DNA from: Eledone cirrhosa
Taxonomy: Eukaryota
Length of the DNA stretch: 64,000 nucleotides
Direction of reading: 5' to 3'
Assembly: GCA_964016885.1 (NCBI GenBank)
Contig: OZ024741.1
Location: forward strand, 175,460,001 to 175,524,000
The translations under genes were made by a program, and so were the position numbers. The notes beneath the pieces were generated by a model that saw only the letters and a list, made by a program, of their open reading frames with translations, did no database searches and had not been told where the DNA came from. Numbering within the stretch: the stretch's first letter is position 1; the number at the start of each line of letters is the position of its first letter. Of this stretch, positions 1-13,199 are shown one piece after another.

Positions 1-725
<725 letters not shown>

Positions 726-922
726 ATATGTATTTCTCAGGAAACCATTGGTGCAATGCGACCGACGCCATATTGGCTAAATTGGTTTGACTTCGGTACC
801 TCTAGACACGATTTGTGTAGTTAAGTGGGATGTTGTCGTAGCATGATTGCGTATTGGACCAATTATATGTATTTTATATAAGTATATATTATAGAAACAC
901 CATTAACATTGCTATGATGTCA

Positions 923-925
<3 letters not shown>

Positions 926-1019
<94 letters not shown>

Positions 1020-1020
1020 G

Positions 1021-1100
<80 letters not shown>
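926..1100. repeat. (CTA)n trinucleotide microsatellite
   Basis: Near-perfect CTA run with one CTG interruption. Confidence 0.95.
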
Positions 1101-1101
<1 letters not shown>

Positions 1102-1152
1102 TATGTATATATATGTTGGACTATATATATATGTATAAACGTGTTTGCAAAC

Positions 1153-1195
<43 letters not shown>

Positions 1196-1357
1196 CACAC
1201 ATATATATATGTATATATATATGTGTGTGTGTGTGTCTGTATGGTGTCTGGGTGTGTGTATGTATATATATATCTATTTATATGTAATAAATATAGATGT
1301 ATAAACGCATATATATATAATTATAAGTGTATATACAATTGTATATACATGTATATT

Positions 1358-1425
<68 letters not shown>

Positions 1426-1598
1426 ATTATATATATATATATACAAACTCCTATGACAACCCAAATAAACGTGAAAATGCCAATACTAATTACCAGTGAG
1501 TGTTAGTACAAAAATGTCCAAGTAAGACGTATCAGAAATTGATGAAAAATACTGTTAGAAAAAGAACCTAACCAAACAAATGGAAAATACTAATACAC

Positions 1599-1629
<31 letters not shown>

Positions 1630-1853
1630 ACACACGCACATATACACATACACACACACACACACTCGCACCCATACTCACACACACACTCGCACACTCA
1701 CACATACACAGAAACAAACACACACACATATATATATACATCTATATATATATATACACATATATATGTGTGTTTACATGTTTGTATTTGTATGCACACA
1801 TACTTATGTGTAGGTATGTATGTATATATATACATTCGTTTATATATATGTAC

Positions 1854-1955
<102 letters not shown>

Positions 1956-2692
1956 GTACATACACACATACAAAACACACACACACACATACACACTCTC
2001 AAACACATATATATATACATATATGTCATCATATCTTTAACACGGTTGAAGTACACGAACACGAAAAATGAAAAAAGAATAAAGATAATAATATACCAAT
2101 AAAATACATCGATGAAATTCTAAAAGAAAATTCGAAAATCTGAAAGAATTAATAAAAAATTAACCATATCAAAGAACATTAAAGTAAATTCGCAGAATGC
2201 TGAAAATTAAAAAAAAAATAATTTAAAGACACACGAATCATACAACAGAAAGAAAAACCAAACAAATCAAAATGGCGATGTAGTAAGATGGAAACTGGTT
2301 TGTTATAGCAATGATGAGAAAGATCCTAACTAACATAGGCAGGTGCATTTTTAGAAAATGTACCCGTATATATCAAGACGCTAGTAGAATATTACGTACA
2401 TTTAAATAAGCTTACCAATAATAGTTTTTATTTCATATGTTTATTTATATGTTGAATATTTCTTTCGTACGTTAAGTTCACTTTATGAAGTCTAAGATTT
2501 TATGTGACGAATACACTTTTGGATAAATATAGATAAATATAGATAGATAAATATGTGGTTGCGAAGTTTATATTGGGAAAATTTGAAATGTGTGCGTCCC
2601 AAAGCGGAATGTCTATAGTTTAGTCGATCACTATAAGTAATAGTTGAAAAAATGAGGCGAAATAGACTTGGTGATAGAACAAAGTGGATAGA

Positions 2693-2767
2693 GACGTCTG
2701 TCAGGAATCAAACATCGCATCTCTTGAATGACGGGTGAGCGTGTTAGCCACTATGCTAAGAAGCGTT
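2693..2767 (-). pseudogene. Degenerate tRNA-like sequence (Asp-like GTC anticodon); tRNA pseudogene or SINE head
   Basis: Minus strand reads TAGCATAGTGG (A box), CCCGTCAT loop and TGTTTGATTCC (degenerate B box); stems mismatched. Confidence 0.5.
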
Positions 2768-2871
2768 ATGCAGGTTTACTACAAATACATATATTGTTTA
2801 TGTTTTCATATACGTTTATATTATGTAATACGCTATGTTAGTGCAACAGCTAATATATATATTTGCATATA

Positions 2872-3023
2872 CTGTATTTGCCGGTATCGAAGACGCTACT
2901 TTTTCCTTAAAATACGTTTAAAAAATCTACCATGCGTCTTGGAAGCCGAAGTTTGTTTATTATTTATTTTTCAAATATTTGGTTGTCAAAATTAGGGTGC
3001 GTATTCGGCGCCGGTAAATACGA
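2872..3023. mobile_element. Tc1/mariner-type MITE (family M1)
   Basis: About 25-bp imperfect TIRs CTGTATTTGCCGGTATCGAAGACGC / GCGTATTCGGCGCCGGTAAATACGA flanked by TA on both sides; homologous copy at 13200. Confidence 0.75.
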
Positions 3024-3044
3024 TAAGCGTGTAGTGTATATATG

Positions 3045-3339
<295 letters not shown>

Positions 3340-3535
3340 GGGTAATCCAGTTATAGGTTGTGAGTACTCTGCGTCGTGGATAGTTTTAACGTACGGCTTT
3401 GTTTAACTCAACAAGATGTTTCCATAGTTAGGCAGTGAGTTCGCGGTAATTCCTATGTAGGTTATACTTGGAGTAATAATAGCGAAAGAATTAAGAGTAA
3501 CATGGTTGGCTGTACAACAAGGGGCTTTATTTCAG

Positions 3536-3646
3536 GTATTAACAATTATTTCATTGATCAGGTGAGTCTAGAGGCCGTTAATCGCTCGAAGTTGCGTCAC
3601 TCGATCTCCATTACATTATTTACCTCTGATCAAATCCTCAGAATAC
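3536..3646 (-). ncRNA. Type I hammerhead ribozyme with extended stem II
   Basis: gtatt-CTGAGGA-tttgatcag...ctgatcaat-GAAAT-aatt-GTT-aatac. Confidence 0.7.
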
Positions 3647-4249
3647 AAAAATAATTCATACAAGGCAAGATATAAATAGAGAAATAGCATATAATAAAAA
3701 CAATAACATCAATAATAAAATATATATGATAGATAGGTAGAGAAGTTACAGATGTAAAAAGTAAAAGATACAGTAAAAAAAGGAAGAAAATGGAAAAGTA
3801 ATAGAAATATAAAGAAATAAGGATAAGTGAGAGCATATAAGTACAGAATATGATAGTGGTGGTGGTGAATAAGTGTCCGTATTAGGATTCTGTGGTGGGT
3901 TTAGTGCTAACATGAAAAGTCATATTCGAAACATACATAGATACGTGTAGAGAGTATGAGGTAGTGACAGATAAAAGAAAAAGCAATAAATTAGAGATTA
4001 GTTGGGAGATACTAGTATGAGACCCAAGGGCTAAGGGTGGATGGTTAAGGGAGGTTTGACAAATGTGTGTGGTAAATGTTTTGCTGATTGTCTTGTATTA
4101 ATAGGGGTGAAAGAGATGTTAAGAGATTTATGATCTAGTGACCAGTTGGCCGTCTAACAGCTAATAGCGGTGTGATAGTGTGTATCCCATACGTTAAAGT
4201 CCAGGTGGTTCAGTTCTAATTTTGTAATTGCTGGCTCGAATCACGGTGG

Positions 4250-4662
4250 TTTGAAATTTGTGAACTTGGTAGCTATTTTATGCCTACAGAAAATTGATCT
4301 TTCTATTTTGCTGTGAAGCAGCATCTTATCGTACGTTAAAAATATGGAATAGCTCCATATTACAAAGTCCACAGTGGGACATCCCATTGCTCCGTTGCTC
4401 CCGATAATTTTGACCAGCTAATCCTATATTCCTGGTTTATGTTTTTAAGCTGCCAGATTTTATTGGCGAGCGTCGTTGAGTTCTCCAGTCTACGGTTCTT
4501 CATGGAGTGTCTGTGAACGACCACCTTTTTTTGAACTCACTAGCCGTGGAACCTATATAGTGCCAAGTAAAGTTGCCTGAATTTACAGTACACAGGTACA
4601 CCATACTCGAATCCAGGCATCTATTTTTTAGTGGGCACCTATCCGGTAGGTGGCAGTTACGA
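4250..4662 (-). pseudogene. PLE GIY-YIG endonuclease remnant (frameshifted; absent from the ORF track)
   Basis: Manual translation NCHLPDRCPLKNRCLDSSMVYLCTV...HYIGSTASEFKKRW...TTLANKIWQLK...HCGLCNMELF...ERSIFCRHK; the CxC, CxxC and CRH pattern is typical of Naiad-type PLEs. Confidence 0.85.
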
Positions 4663-5455
4663 AATTATTTTTGTGATCCATTAGGTTAAATGTGGGGTTA
4701 CAAGGGCTTAGAGGCTCAGTTCTATCAGATATTTTCATTTTTTTTACTATGCTAAGTCCTTCCTTATTAATGCACACAAACATAAAATCAACCACAAAAA
4801 TATCTCTAAAGAAAATAACCTACCAACATACACGATAACACCAAATACAAAACGCAAACACATAACAACATCGCAACCACAAACACATCAGGGCGCATCA
4901 CAACAAAACACTAATAGGCCTAAATCTCAACCCACCCACAACAACATACAAAACCGCAACGCAGAAACTGCACACAGGAAAACCTCCGACTGTAACACCC
5001 CCATTAATACAAGACAATCAGCAAAACATTTACCACACACATATGTCAAAACTCTCTTAACCATCCGCTCTTAGACCTTGGGTCTCATACGAGTATCTCC
5101 CAATTAATCTCTAATTTATTGCTTTTCTTTTATCTGTCACTACCTTAGACTCTCTACACGTATCTATGTATGTTTCTAATATGACTGTTCATGTTAGCAC
5201 TAAACCCACCACAGAATCCTTTTCCGTACACTTACTCACAACCATAACTATCATATTCTGTACTTATATGCTCTCACTTATCCTTATTTCTTTATATTTT
5301 ATTATTTTTCCATTTTCTTACTTTTTTACTGTATCTTTTATTTTTTACATCTGTAATTTCTCTACCTATTTGTCATATATATTTTATTATTGATGTTATT
5401 GTTTTTATTATACGCTATTTCTCTATATATATCTTGCCTTGTATGAATTATTTTT

Positions 5456-5560
5456 GTATTCTGAGGATTTGATCAGAAGTAAATAATGTAATGGAGATCG
5501 AGTGACGCAACTTCGAGCGATTAGCGGCCTCTAGACTCAACTGATCAATGAAACAATTGT

Positions 5561-5562
<2 letters not shown>
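5456..5562 (+). ncRNA. Type I hammerhead ribozyme (inverted-arm copy, truncated at the cleavage triplet)
   Basis: gtatt-CTGAGGA-tttgatcag...ctgatcaat-GAAAC-aatt-GTT followed directly by (TA)n. Confidence 0.7.
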
Positions 5563-5654
<92 letters not shown>

Positions 5655-5655
<1 letters not shown>

Positions 5656-5854
5656 GTTATTCCGGGTTGAATCGGAGGTAACCACAGTAAGTAAGGTACT
5701 CAATACATAGCAGAGTATAACAGTTTTAATATAGATGAGATTCTACAGGACTAGAACTGTTTCATTCATTAGAAATCATCAGGAATCTCAGGGATTCCTG
5801 ATGATTTCTAATGAATGAAACAGTTCTAGTCCTGTAGAATCTCATCTATATTAA

Positions 5855-5858
<4 letters not shown>
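5655..5858. mobile_element. Fold-back HHR mini-element (PLE pLTR-derived) inside (TA)n
   Basis: Perfect 66-bp arms at 5722-5787 and 5793-5858 plus an unpaired tail at 5655-5721; (TA)n on both sides. Confidence 0.8.
5793..5841 (+). ncRNA. Type I hammerhead ribozyme, intact core (mirror copy at 5739-5787, minus strand)
   Basis: gattc-CTGATGA-tttc taat gaat-GAAA-cag ttctagtc ctg-TA-gaatc; 5-bp stem I, stem III ACAG/CTGT, GUA site at 5834-5836. Confidence 0.85.
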
Positions 5859-5926
<68 letters not shown>

Positions 5927-6392
5927 ATACTTGGGGAGGGTCATATTTGTGTAATAATATTGCCAGAATTAATAACAGAACACACCCATTGTTTGGTTGG
6001 TTTTCGCTTCTGTGTCTTTTATATCGCTTAATTTAATTTATTCGGTCCTCAATGTTACCATTGACTGACCAACGGTCAAAAATACTTATACAATATAGAC
6101 ACAAACACATATATATAGTCTAACAAAGTTCTTTTGTTGCACATCTTCAACATCGTCAGTGGTGCTATTATGTTTCCCCCCGTTGTATTGTATGCCTACG
6201 CCATCTTTATTTAGTCTATTTATTTATTTTTTTTGTCTTCTCTGCGCATGCGTTTGCGTGTGTGTATAGTGTTTTGTTTGATGAGTGTTCGTGTTTGGGT
6301 GACTGTGTATTGGTTATTGTATTCTATCTTAGTTTACTAATGTGTGTTTATATGTGTTTGTTGTTATTGTGCTTGTGTATGTATTTATTTAT

Positions 6393-6815
6393 TTATACCT
6401 CTCTGAGGTGAGTGTTATTTCTTTGGGTGTTGTTGTTATTCCATTCATTTTTTCTGTTTAGCCTTGGCCTTCTAAGTTCTATTTCGTTTGCCTCTCTGAT
6501 TTGCCTATCTGCTGTGTCATTTCTATGATTAGATATTATTCTAATTTCTACGTTGTCTATGTTACCGTCGTGTTGTTGTCTGACATGTTCGTATAGTATT
6601 GAACTGTTTTTTCGTCCTTTTAGTTCCTCCCAGTGTTGGTCTATCCTTTCACCTATGCTACGAGCTGTCTCGTCTATGTATGTTGTTGTCATATTTCTGC
6701 AAGTACCCTCTGTACATTTTATGCTATAGACTACGTTTCTAGTTTTACAGTTTATCCGGGAGTTTACTTTACATATAATACATTTCCTATTAGTACAGTG
6801 AGTTTTCTTAACATA
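6393..6815 (-). pseudogene. Duplicated GIY-YIG domain in the inverted arm
   Basis: ORF 6393..6887 contains VVYSIKC...YIDETARSIGER, nearly identical to ORF 8879..9496. Confidence 0.85.
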
Positions 6816-6938
6816 AGAAAAGTAACCACAATGGTAGAAATAACAGTAACAACAACAATAACGGTGGAGCAAACAACAACAATACATCTAACAATCACAG
6901 CAACAATACATCTAGCAATCATAATAATAATAATAATA

Positions 6939-7044
6939 ATTGTTTCTACTTTAGGCACAAGGCCAGCAATTACCCAGTGCATTACTGGTACTTTATTTTA
7001 TCGACCCCGTAAGGATGAAAGGCAAAGTCAACCTCGGCGGGATT
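6939..7044 (-). mobile_element. SINE family A, 3' half
   Basis: Matches the core GCCTTTCATCCTTACGGGGTCGATAAAATAAAGTACCAG and the tail GGCCTTGTGCC..AAGTAGAAAC. Confidence 0.9.
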
Positions 7045-7190
7045 AATAATAATAATAATAATAGTGCTAATGATAGGACCACAACAACCAGCATAATAAC
7101 AATAATAGCAACACACACAACTATGACGATAGTTATAATGACAACCCCTTAGAGAAACTATTCTTCAATGCAGCTGACAAAACATATAAT

Positions 7191-9535
7191 ATGGGTAATA
7201 TCTATCCTACGAGGTTACCCTTTAATAAAAGGGTTTGCATACCACAACAAATAGATGACGAGACAGAGGCACAGTTCACCATAGCTAGAAATAAGATTAG
7301 ACAAATAGTAGACCGGTATACTAAGAGACAGAGCAGACCAGAGGTCCAACAACTTGCAAGGAAACCTGTGGAAGGCTTGGTTAGCATCAAGCAGCGCACA
7401 AGGGATGGTGACGTAGTATGTCTACCCACGGATAAGTCTGGTAGGATGTCAATAGACAGCATGCCGAACTACATCAAGGCTATGCAACCCCACATCACCA
7501 ACACGACCGAAATTGCACAGCAAATACATGATGGGAGAGAAAATCCTCAACGCTCACATGATGATGTGGACCGACATCCTAAAGTCAAGCAGACGCACTG
7601 CCAACAACTTCCAGGCGTCTAATAATGGCATACCACCCTTGTATGGGCCCCGCAAAGACCACAAGACTGTCGAAGACCCGACAACAGGACCACCAACAAG
7701 ACCTGTATGCGGAGCAAATATAGATAGCAACTACAGGATCTCCTACTTCCTCTCAATGGTTATACGCCCCATAATCAAGATATCCCCAGATGTATGTGAC
7801 AGTACAGAGGACCTCCTCAGCAGAATCAGTGAGTGCAACAAAAACAGGAACCTATCCAACTGCATAATAGTCAGTATGGATGTGGTATCACTGTACACAT
7901 CCATTAACATTGATTTTGCTGTGGAAAAATGTGTGGAGATGATCATTGAGAGTGAGGTGGAGTTCTGCGACGTCGACACAGACGAACTGGGCCCCCTACT
8001 TAGACTTACCTATGACACTGACTACCTGGACAGCCATGACCTTAGACGTTTCTGCCCCAGTAGACCCATAAGAGGTAGACCCCCACCATTACCTCAATGG
8101 AAAAAAGACTCCCATGGGAAGGTGAATTGGGTGGACCAAAGCTATACGGACCTCCCAAAACAATGATCAGGCAAGAAAAATGGTCGCACATGCAATAGGG
8201 GCTAGTATCAAAACTACCCTAAAGGGCCACATATTCAAATTCAACGAGAAGATCTACACCCAAAATGAGGGAGCAGCTATTGGCGTCAGCATAGCTGGTG
8301 ACGTTGCCAACCTTTTTATGGTATGGTGGGAAAGGAGACTCAAAGATCTCCTTGATGAGAGCTCCATAGACCTCATCATGTACTCTCGTTACGTAGACGA
8401 CATCAATATAGTAATAAGGACATCCCCACAAGAGAGTACTAACACGTTTGATATAGAACGTAGCACAATGGAAAGCATCCAGCAGATAGCTAATTCCATA
8501 CACCAGAGTATAACTGTAACTATCGACTACCCTTCCAAACACCCTAACAATAGACTACCTGTATTAGACACGGAACTCTGGATTATCACTATAGACGAAA
8601 GGGCCCAAATTCTCCACACACACTATGCTAAACCCATGGCCTCCAAATACCTGATACTCAAAAACTCAGCAATGTCCAGTAGTGCTAAGTTTAATATTCT
8701 GATCGCAGACTTGGTACGAGTGATGAAGAACGTGTCCCGCATGTGCGACCCAACAGAAATGGAAAGACACATCCAACACTTCATCAACCGCATGTAGTTC
8801 TCTGGCTACAATCAAAGAGACAGAATCAGAGTATACGAAGGAGACACGGAGAAGTATAAGACCCTCATAGAACTGGACATGAAAGGAATTTTCCCATTAT
8901 ACAGGAGCAAATCATGGATTAGCTTAGATAGGACTAGACATAAGATAGGGAAAGCCACCTCATGGTACAACAACCAGAGATACCAGAGTGTCATGTTTGT
9001 GGACGCTACCCCTGGAGGGAAATTAGCTAACCAGTGTAGAAAGGCCCTGAGAAAGACCCACTTAAAGATTAAGGTGGTAGAAAAGCCAGAAACCACCATA
9101 AAATCCCTGATCAGCAAAACCTACCCTTTTAAGAAAACCCACTGTACTAATAGGAAATGTATTATATGTAAAGTAAACCCCCGGATAAACTTTAAAACTA
9201 GAAACGTAGTCGATAGCATAAGATGTACAGAGGGTACTGGCAGAAACACGACAACAACATACATAGGCGAGACAGCTCGTAGCATAGGTGAAAGGATAGA
9301 CCAACACTGGGGGGAACTAAAAGGACGAATAAACGGTTCAGTACTATACGAACATGTCAGACAACAACACCACGGTAACATAGACAACATAGAAATTAGA
9401 ATAATATCTAAACATAGAAAATACCAAGCAGATAGGCAAATCAGAGAGGTCAGCGAAATAGAACTTAGAAGGCCAAGGCTAAACAAAAAAAAATGAATGG
9501 AATAACAACAACACCCAAAGAAATAACACTGACCT
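7191..9535 (+). pseudogene. PLE reverse transcriptase-GIY-YIG endonuclease polyprotein, disrupted
   Basis: ORFs 7191, 7513, 8180 and 8879 give PTDKSGR, RPVCGA, MDVVSLY, GAAIGVSIAG, RYVDD, a Cys-rich linker and YIGETARS..ER; frameshifts plus an in-frame TAG at 8795-8797. Confidence 0.92.
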
Positions 9536-9762
9536 AAGAGAAGTATAAATAAATAAATAAATACATACACAAGCACAATAACAATAAACACATATAAACG
9601 CACACTCAGATAGAATACAATAACCAATACACAGTCACCCAAACACGAACACACATCAAACAAAACACTATATACACACGCAAACGCATGTGCAGAGAAA
9701 AAAAAAAAAAATAAACAGACTAAATAAAGATGGCGTAGGCATACAATACAACGGGAGGAAAC

Positions 9763-9807
9763 ACCACCGACGATGTTGCAGATGTGCAACGAAAGAACTT
9801 TGTTAGT
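9763..9807 (+). ncRNA. Hammerhead-like motif in the PLE pLTR (mirror copy at about 6118-6162, minus strand)
   Basis: CCGACGA-tgttgca gatg tgcaac-GAAA; the mirror copy has CTGACGA but AAAA; stems I and III are weak. Confidence 0.55.
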
Positions 9808-10080
9808 CTATATATGTGTTTGTGTCTATATTGTATAAGTATTTTTGACCATTGGTCAGTCAAGGGTAACATTGAGTGTCGAATAAATTAAATTAACCGA
9901 TATAAAAGACACAGAAGCGAAAACAAACCAAACAGTGGGTGTGCTCTGTTATTAATTCTCGCAATATTATTACACAAATATGACTCTCCCCAAGTATAAC
10001 AATATTTGTTTCGACACACGATTTCATATAAAAAACCTCGCAGAACTAATTCATTGCCGTTATATATATATATATATAAC

Positions 10081-10267
10081 GGCGGTGACTTGGCAGATTC
10101 GTTAGAGGGTCTGACGCCATGCTTTGCAGCATAGAGTTACGGCCCTTTCCATTCTGAGTTCAAATCCCGCCGAGGTTAACTTTGCCTTTCATCCTTACAG
10201 GATCGATAAAATAAAGTACCAGTAATGCACTGGGTAATTGTTGGCCTTGTGCCTAAAGTAGAAACAG

Positions 10268-10268
<1 letters not shown>
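10081..10268 (+). mobile_element. tRNA-derived SINE family A, full length
   Basis: A box TGGCAGA, B box GAGTTCAAATCC, conserved core and tail shared with more than 10 copies in the window. Confidence 0.9.
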
Positions 10269-10317
<49 letters not shown>

Positions 10318-10757
10318 GGAGCGAGAGAGAGAAAGGGAGAGAGAGAGAGATGTATAGAAATTATGTGAGATATATATTGGTTTATCAATATAATTAAACA
10401 TTCAAAAACACAAAGATACACATATGAACAGACGGCAAAATATGTTAATGGTTATAGATAAATTGACAATTACCCCATAAGTTGATGGAGATTTGGCAGT
10501 TTTATGAAGGATGATAAACAACGTCATCAATTATAGATCAAATCGTGTTACCATATTTATTTAAATTGATATTTAGTCTGTGTTTCTAACTTTTACAAGC
10601 GAATAATTTTTGAATGAAAATACTCTTTGATTGGCATCATGCCCTTTGAACTCTTTTGACACTATCGAAATAAAATGGTTCGATTATTTCTGTCTATCGT
10701 GTGACAATAACAGCAACAACAACAACCACAACAACCACAACAAAAACAACAATAATG

Positions 10758-10973
10758 ATTTCTAGTATAGTCACAAGGCCAGTAATTTTGAGGGGAGGGG
10801 AAAATCGATTAAATTGACCCCAGTACGTTACTGGTGCTTTATTTTATCGTCCCCGTAAGGATGAAAGGCAAAGTTAACCTCGGCGGGATTTGAACTTAAA
10901 ACGTAAAGGGCCATAACTCTATGCCTCAAAGCATGTTGTCAGGCGCTCTACCGATACTGTCAATCCACCGCCC
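10758..10973 (-). mobile_element. SINE family A (longer-body variant)
   Basis: Reverse-complement match; carries an extra GGGGTCAATTTAATCGA..CCCTCCCC segment. Confidence 0.9.
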
Positions 10974-11262
10974 TCACAACAACAAAAACAACGATAATGA
11001 TAATTGTTTGTTGCCAATAAAGTATTTTAGTGAAAGCCCCAGCAGGTGATTATAAGAGATTATAAACTCTTTTATTTCCACTTAGGTTATGTCACTACAA
11101 TGCGTCTAGCCAAACGTATTGTATAATTTTTCGATTCATCGATATCCTTGAAATTTATGTTTTGTTTGTTTTGTAAGCAGTGGTAGCACTATTAAATTAC
11201 ACGAGTGATTTGCTGACAACTAGCAGAAATAAGTTTTTTTTTTTTCCTGCAGAATATACTTA

Positions 11263-11418
11263 AACAAATACCGGGGATTGTCCGGTCGCTTCCTCTTCGC
11301 ACTGGTTGCCGTCGAGATCTCAGGCGTACTTGGACCCCGCACAGTCGAGCTCCTCCGCAAGATCGGAATGTCGGCAGCCCGTTTGAGGAAGGAGGCCCGC
11401 GACGTGGTGTGGCTGTTC
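11263..11418 (+). pseudogene. CRE-clade non-LTR retrotransposon fragment (restriction-like endonuclease region)
   Basis: GC-rich island translating to NKYRGLSGRFLFALVAVEISGVLGPRTVELLRKIG...EARDVVWLF, fitting the KY..L...F.P.AVET.G..G pattern. Confidence 0.65.
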
Positions 11419-11782
11419 TCTCTAGAGAGCATTTATCCACTTTAATTTTCCCTCATGGATATCTGTTGTGTTTCTTTCTTTCTTTCTTTTGTAGTTTGTT
11501 TATTTCCAACTTGTACTCAGTGAAGAGAGAACTGGCCTTTTCTAGAAACAAATTAAATTCCGTACATTTTTCTCCCCTTCCCCATTCTTCTGTGACACTA
11601 GAGTCCTTGCCATTCCCTCCCTGTTCGTTTTTTTTTCTCTTTTTTCTTTATATCTTCCTATTTTAAATTCCATTCTTCTCAATCTAAGTTTTCTGTTTTT
11701 CTTTTTCTGTTAAACTGTATTTATTGTAAAATATAACTGAACAAATAAATATAGAAATAATAAAAATATCAGCACCAAATGC

Positions 11783-13000
11783 CTGTTCTCTCTAGAGCAT
11801 TTATCCATTTTAATTTCCCATCATGAATATCTATAGTTTTTCTTTCTTTCTTTTTTTCTTTCTTTGTATATTGTTGTTTCCAACTTGTACTTAGTGAAGA
11901 GAAAACTGGCCTTTTCTAGAAACGAATTCAATTCCGTACATTTTCCTCTCGAGATAAAAATAATTCTTTTGAGTTGAAGGCTGGAAACCTCTGTTTAACG
12001 CTCACATATAGCAGTAATGCTTCTGAGAACTTCAAAATGAAGCCAGTGCTCTTTTATTATTCTGAAACACCAAAACCAACACGGGAATATCAAACATGTA
12101 TAGGTCCATGACTTAAAAAATAAACAAAAAACAAAACAACACAAAACAAAAATAATTAAAGAAACAAAACAATAAAGTCTAGATGACAATAAAAATATGG
12201 GCAGTGTTTGTTTCATACATGGGTGAAAAGTCATTATGAATATCATAACATTGAACCTAAGGCGTTATTTGTAATTGACAATGCTATAATCCTCCACCCG
12301 AAGAATTTCGACCATCCCCCAACCAACAATATTCGAATTCGTCAGAATTACATCCATGTCAAAATAGTTTACTTACAAATATTATTTCCTCACACCAGCC
12401 TATGAATCATTCAACAGATATTCCAAGAACTTCTTAAAGAAAATGAATGCCAAGATAAATAATATATCTGGATCTTTTGGGACCCACTCTCCAAAACAAA
12501 ATTAAACTTCCATATGACGAAGGTCATATATAACATCAAAGTAGTATGGGACGAACTAACCGAGAACTACACTAAATAATGTTCTGAAAAGGCTATGATC
12601 AGAAATAAGCAATGACTTAATGGAGTTTGACGAAAAATGATAGCAGCAGTCAGCAAATCTATCGTAGAGATATCCAATGAGGATAGAATATGAACTGACT
12701 ATATGAAATATTTAGAAATGATAATAGACTTTCGTGATAAAATCTTATAAGCTGAAGAGATGCATGAGCTGACACAGAAACGCATTTAAATTGAGCCTGA
12801 ACAGCCTACTGTAAAACCAGTAACACGTGAAAGAATTCCACCAGCACTATGGGAATCACGAACCAGTTTACTAAGAATGACAACAACTGCGAACACTGTA
12901 ACCTGATATCATGTCCAGCTAGCCTGATATGTGAATTTCTTCACAAGAGAAGACAGATGACATTTGACGTATTTTTCAAAAACAACCAATGTACGAAGAA
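11783..13000 (+). mobile_element. Degraded Tigger/pogo-like DDE transposase relic
   Basis: Successive motifs TGLF*K...RTF, LTL...SNASENFKMKPVLFYYSETP, KALFVIDNA, in the order expected for Tigger transposases; many stops. Confidence 0.7.
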
Positions 13001-13199
13001 AATCCACATTCTGGACCTTGATTCCAGTTACAGCGGTTTCTGTATTATTTCTCACAGCACTTTTCAACTGAAGTAACCCTCATCACAGACATAGGCGCCG
13101 CTGTTTCTCAAGTATTGATGAGTAGGGATGTGTAGTTATGATTACATTTGATTAAATTAGCAGATTTCATAATTATATAATAGCATTAGATTTTATTTA

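Larger units (their letters stand above)
3340..5562 (-). mobile_element. 5'-truncated Penelope-like element (Naiad-like) with inverted pLTR, embedded in (TA)n
   Basis: About 3541-4110 is the reverse complement of about 4995-5562; GIY-YIG remnant on the minus strand between the arms; HHR in both arms; (TA)n on both sides. Confidence 0.85.
5921..10060 (+). mobile_element. Penelope-like element with a ~0.9-kb inverted 5' copy of its 3' end
   Basis: About 5921-6815 is the reverse complement of about 9125-10005; RT and GIY-YIG ORF pieces lie between; extra tail at 10005-10060; (TA)n on both sides. Confidence 0.92.

Noticed and set aside
2693-2767. Functional tRNA-Asp gene
   Set aside because: Acceptor, anticodon and T stems are mismatched and the T loop is degenerate
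9121-9789. 222-aa hydrophobic minus-strand ORF (similar cases at 63287-63973 and 49267-49692)
   Set aside because: Antisense shadow of AC-rich retroelement sequence
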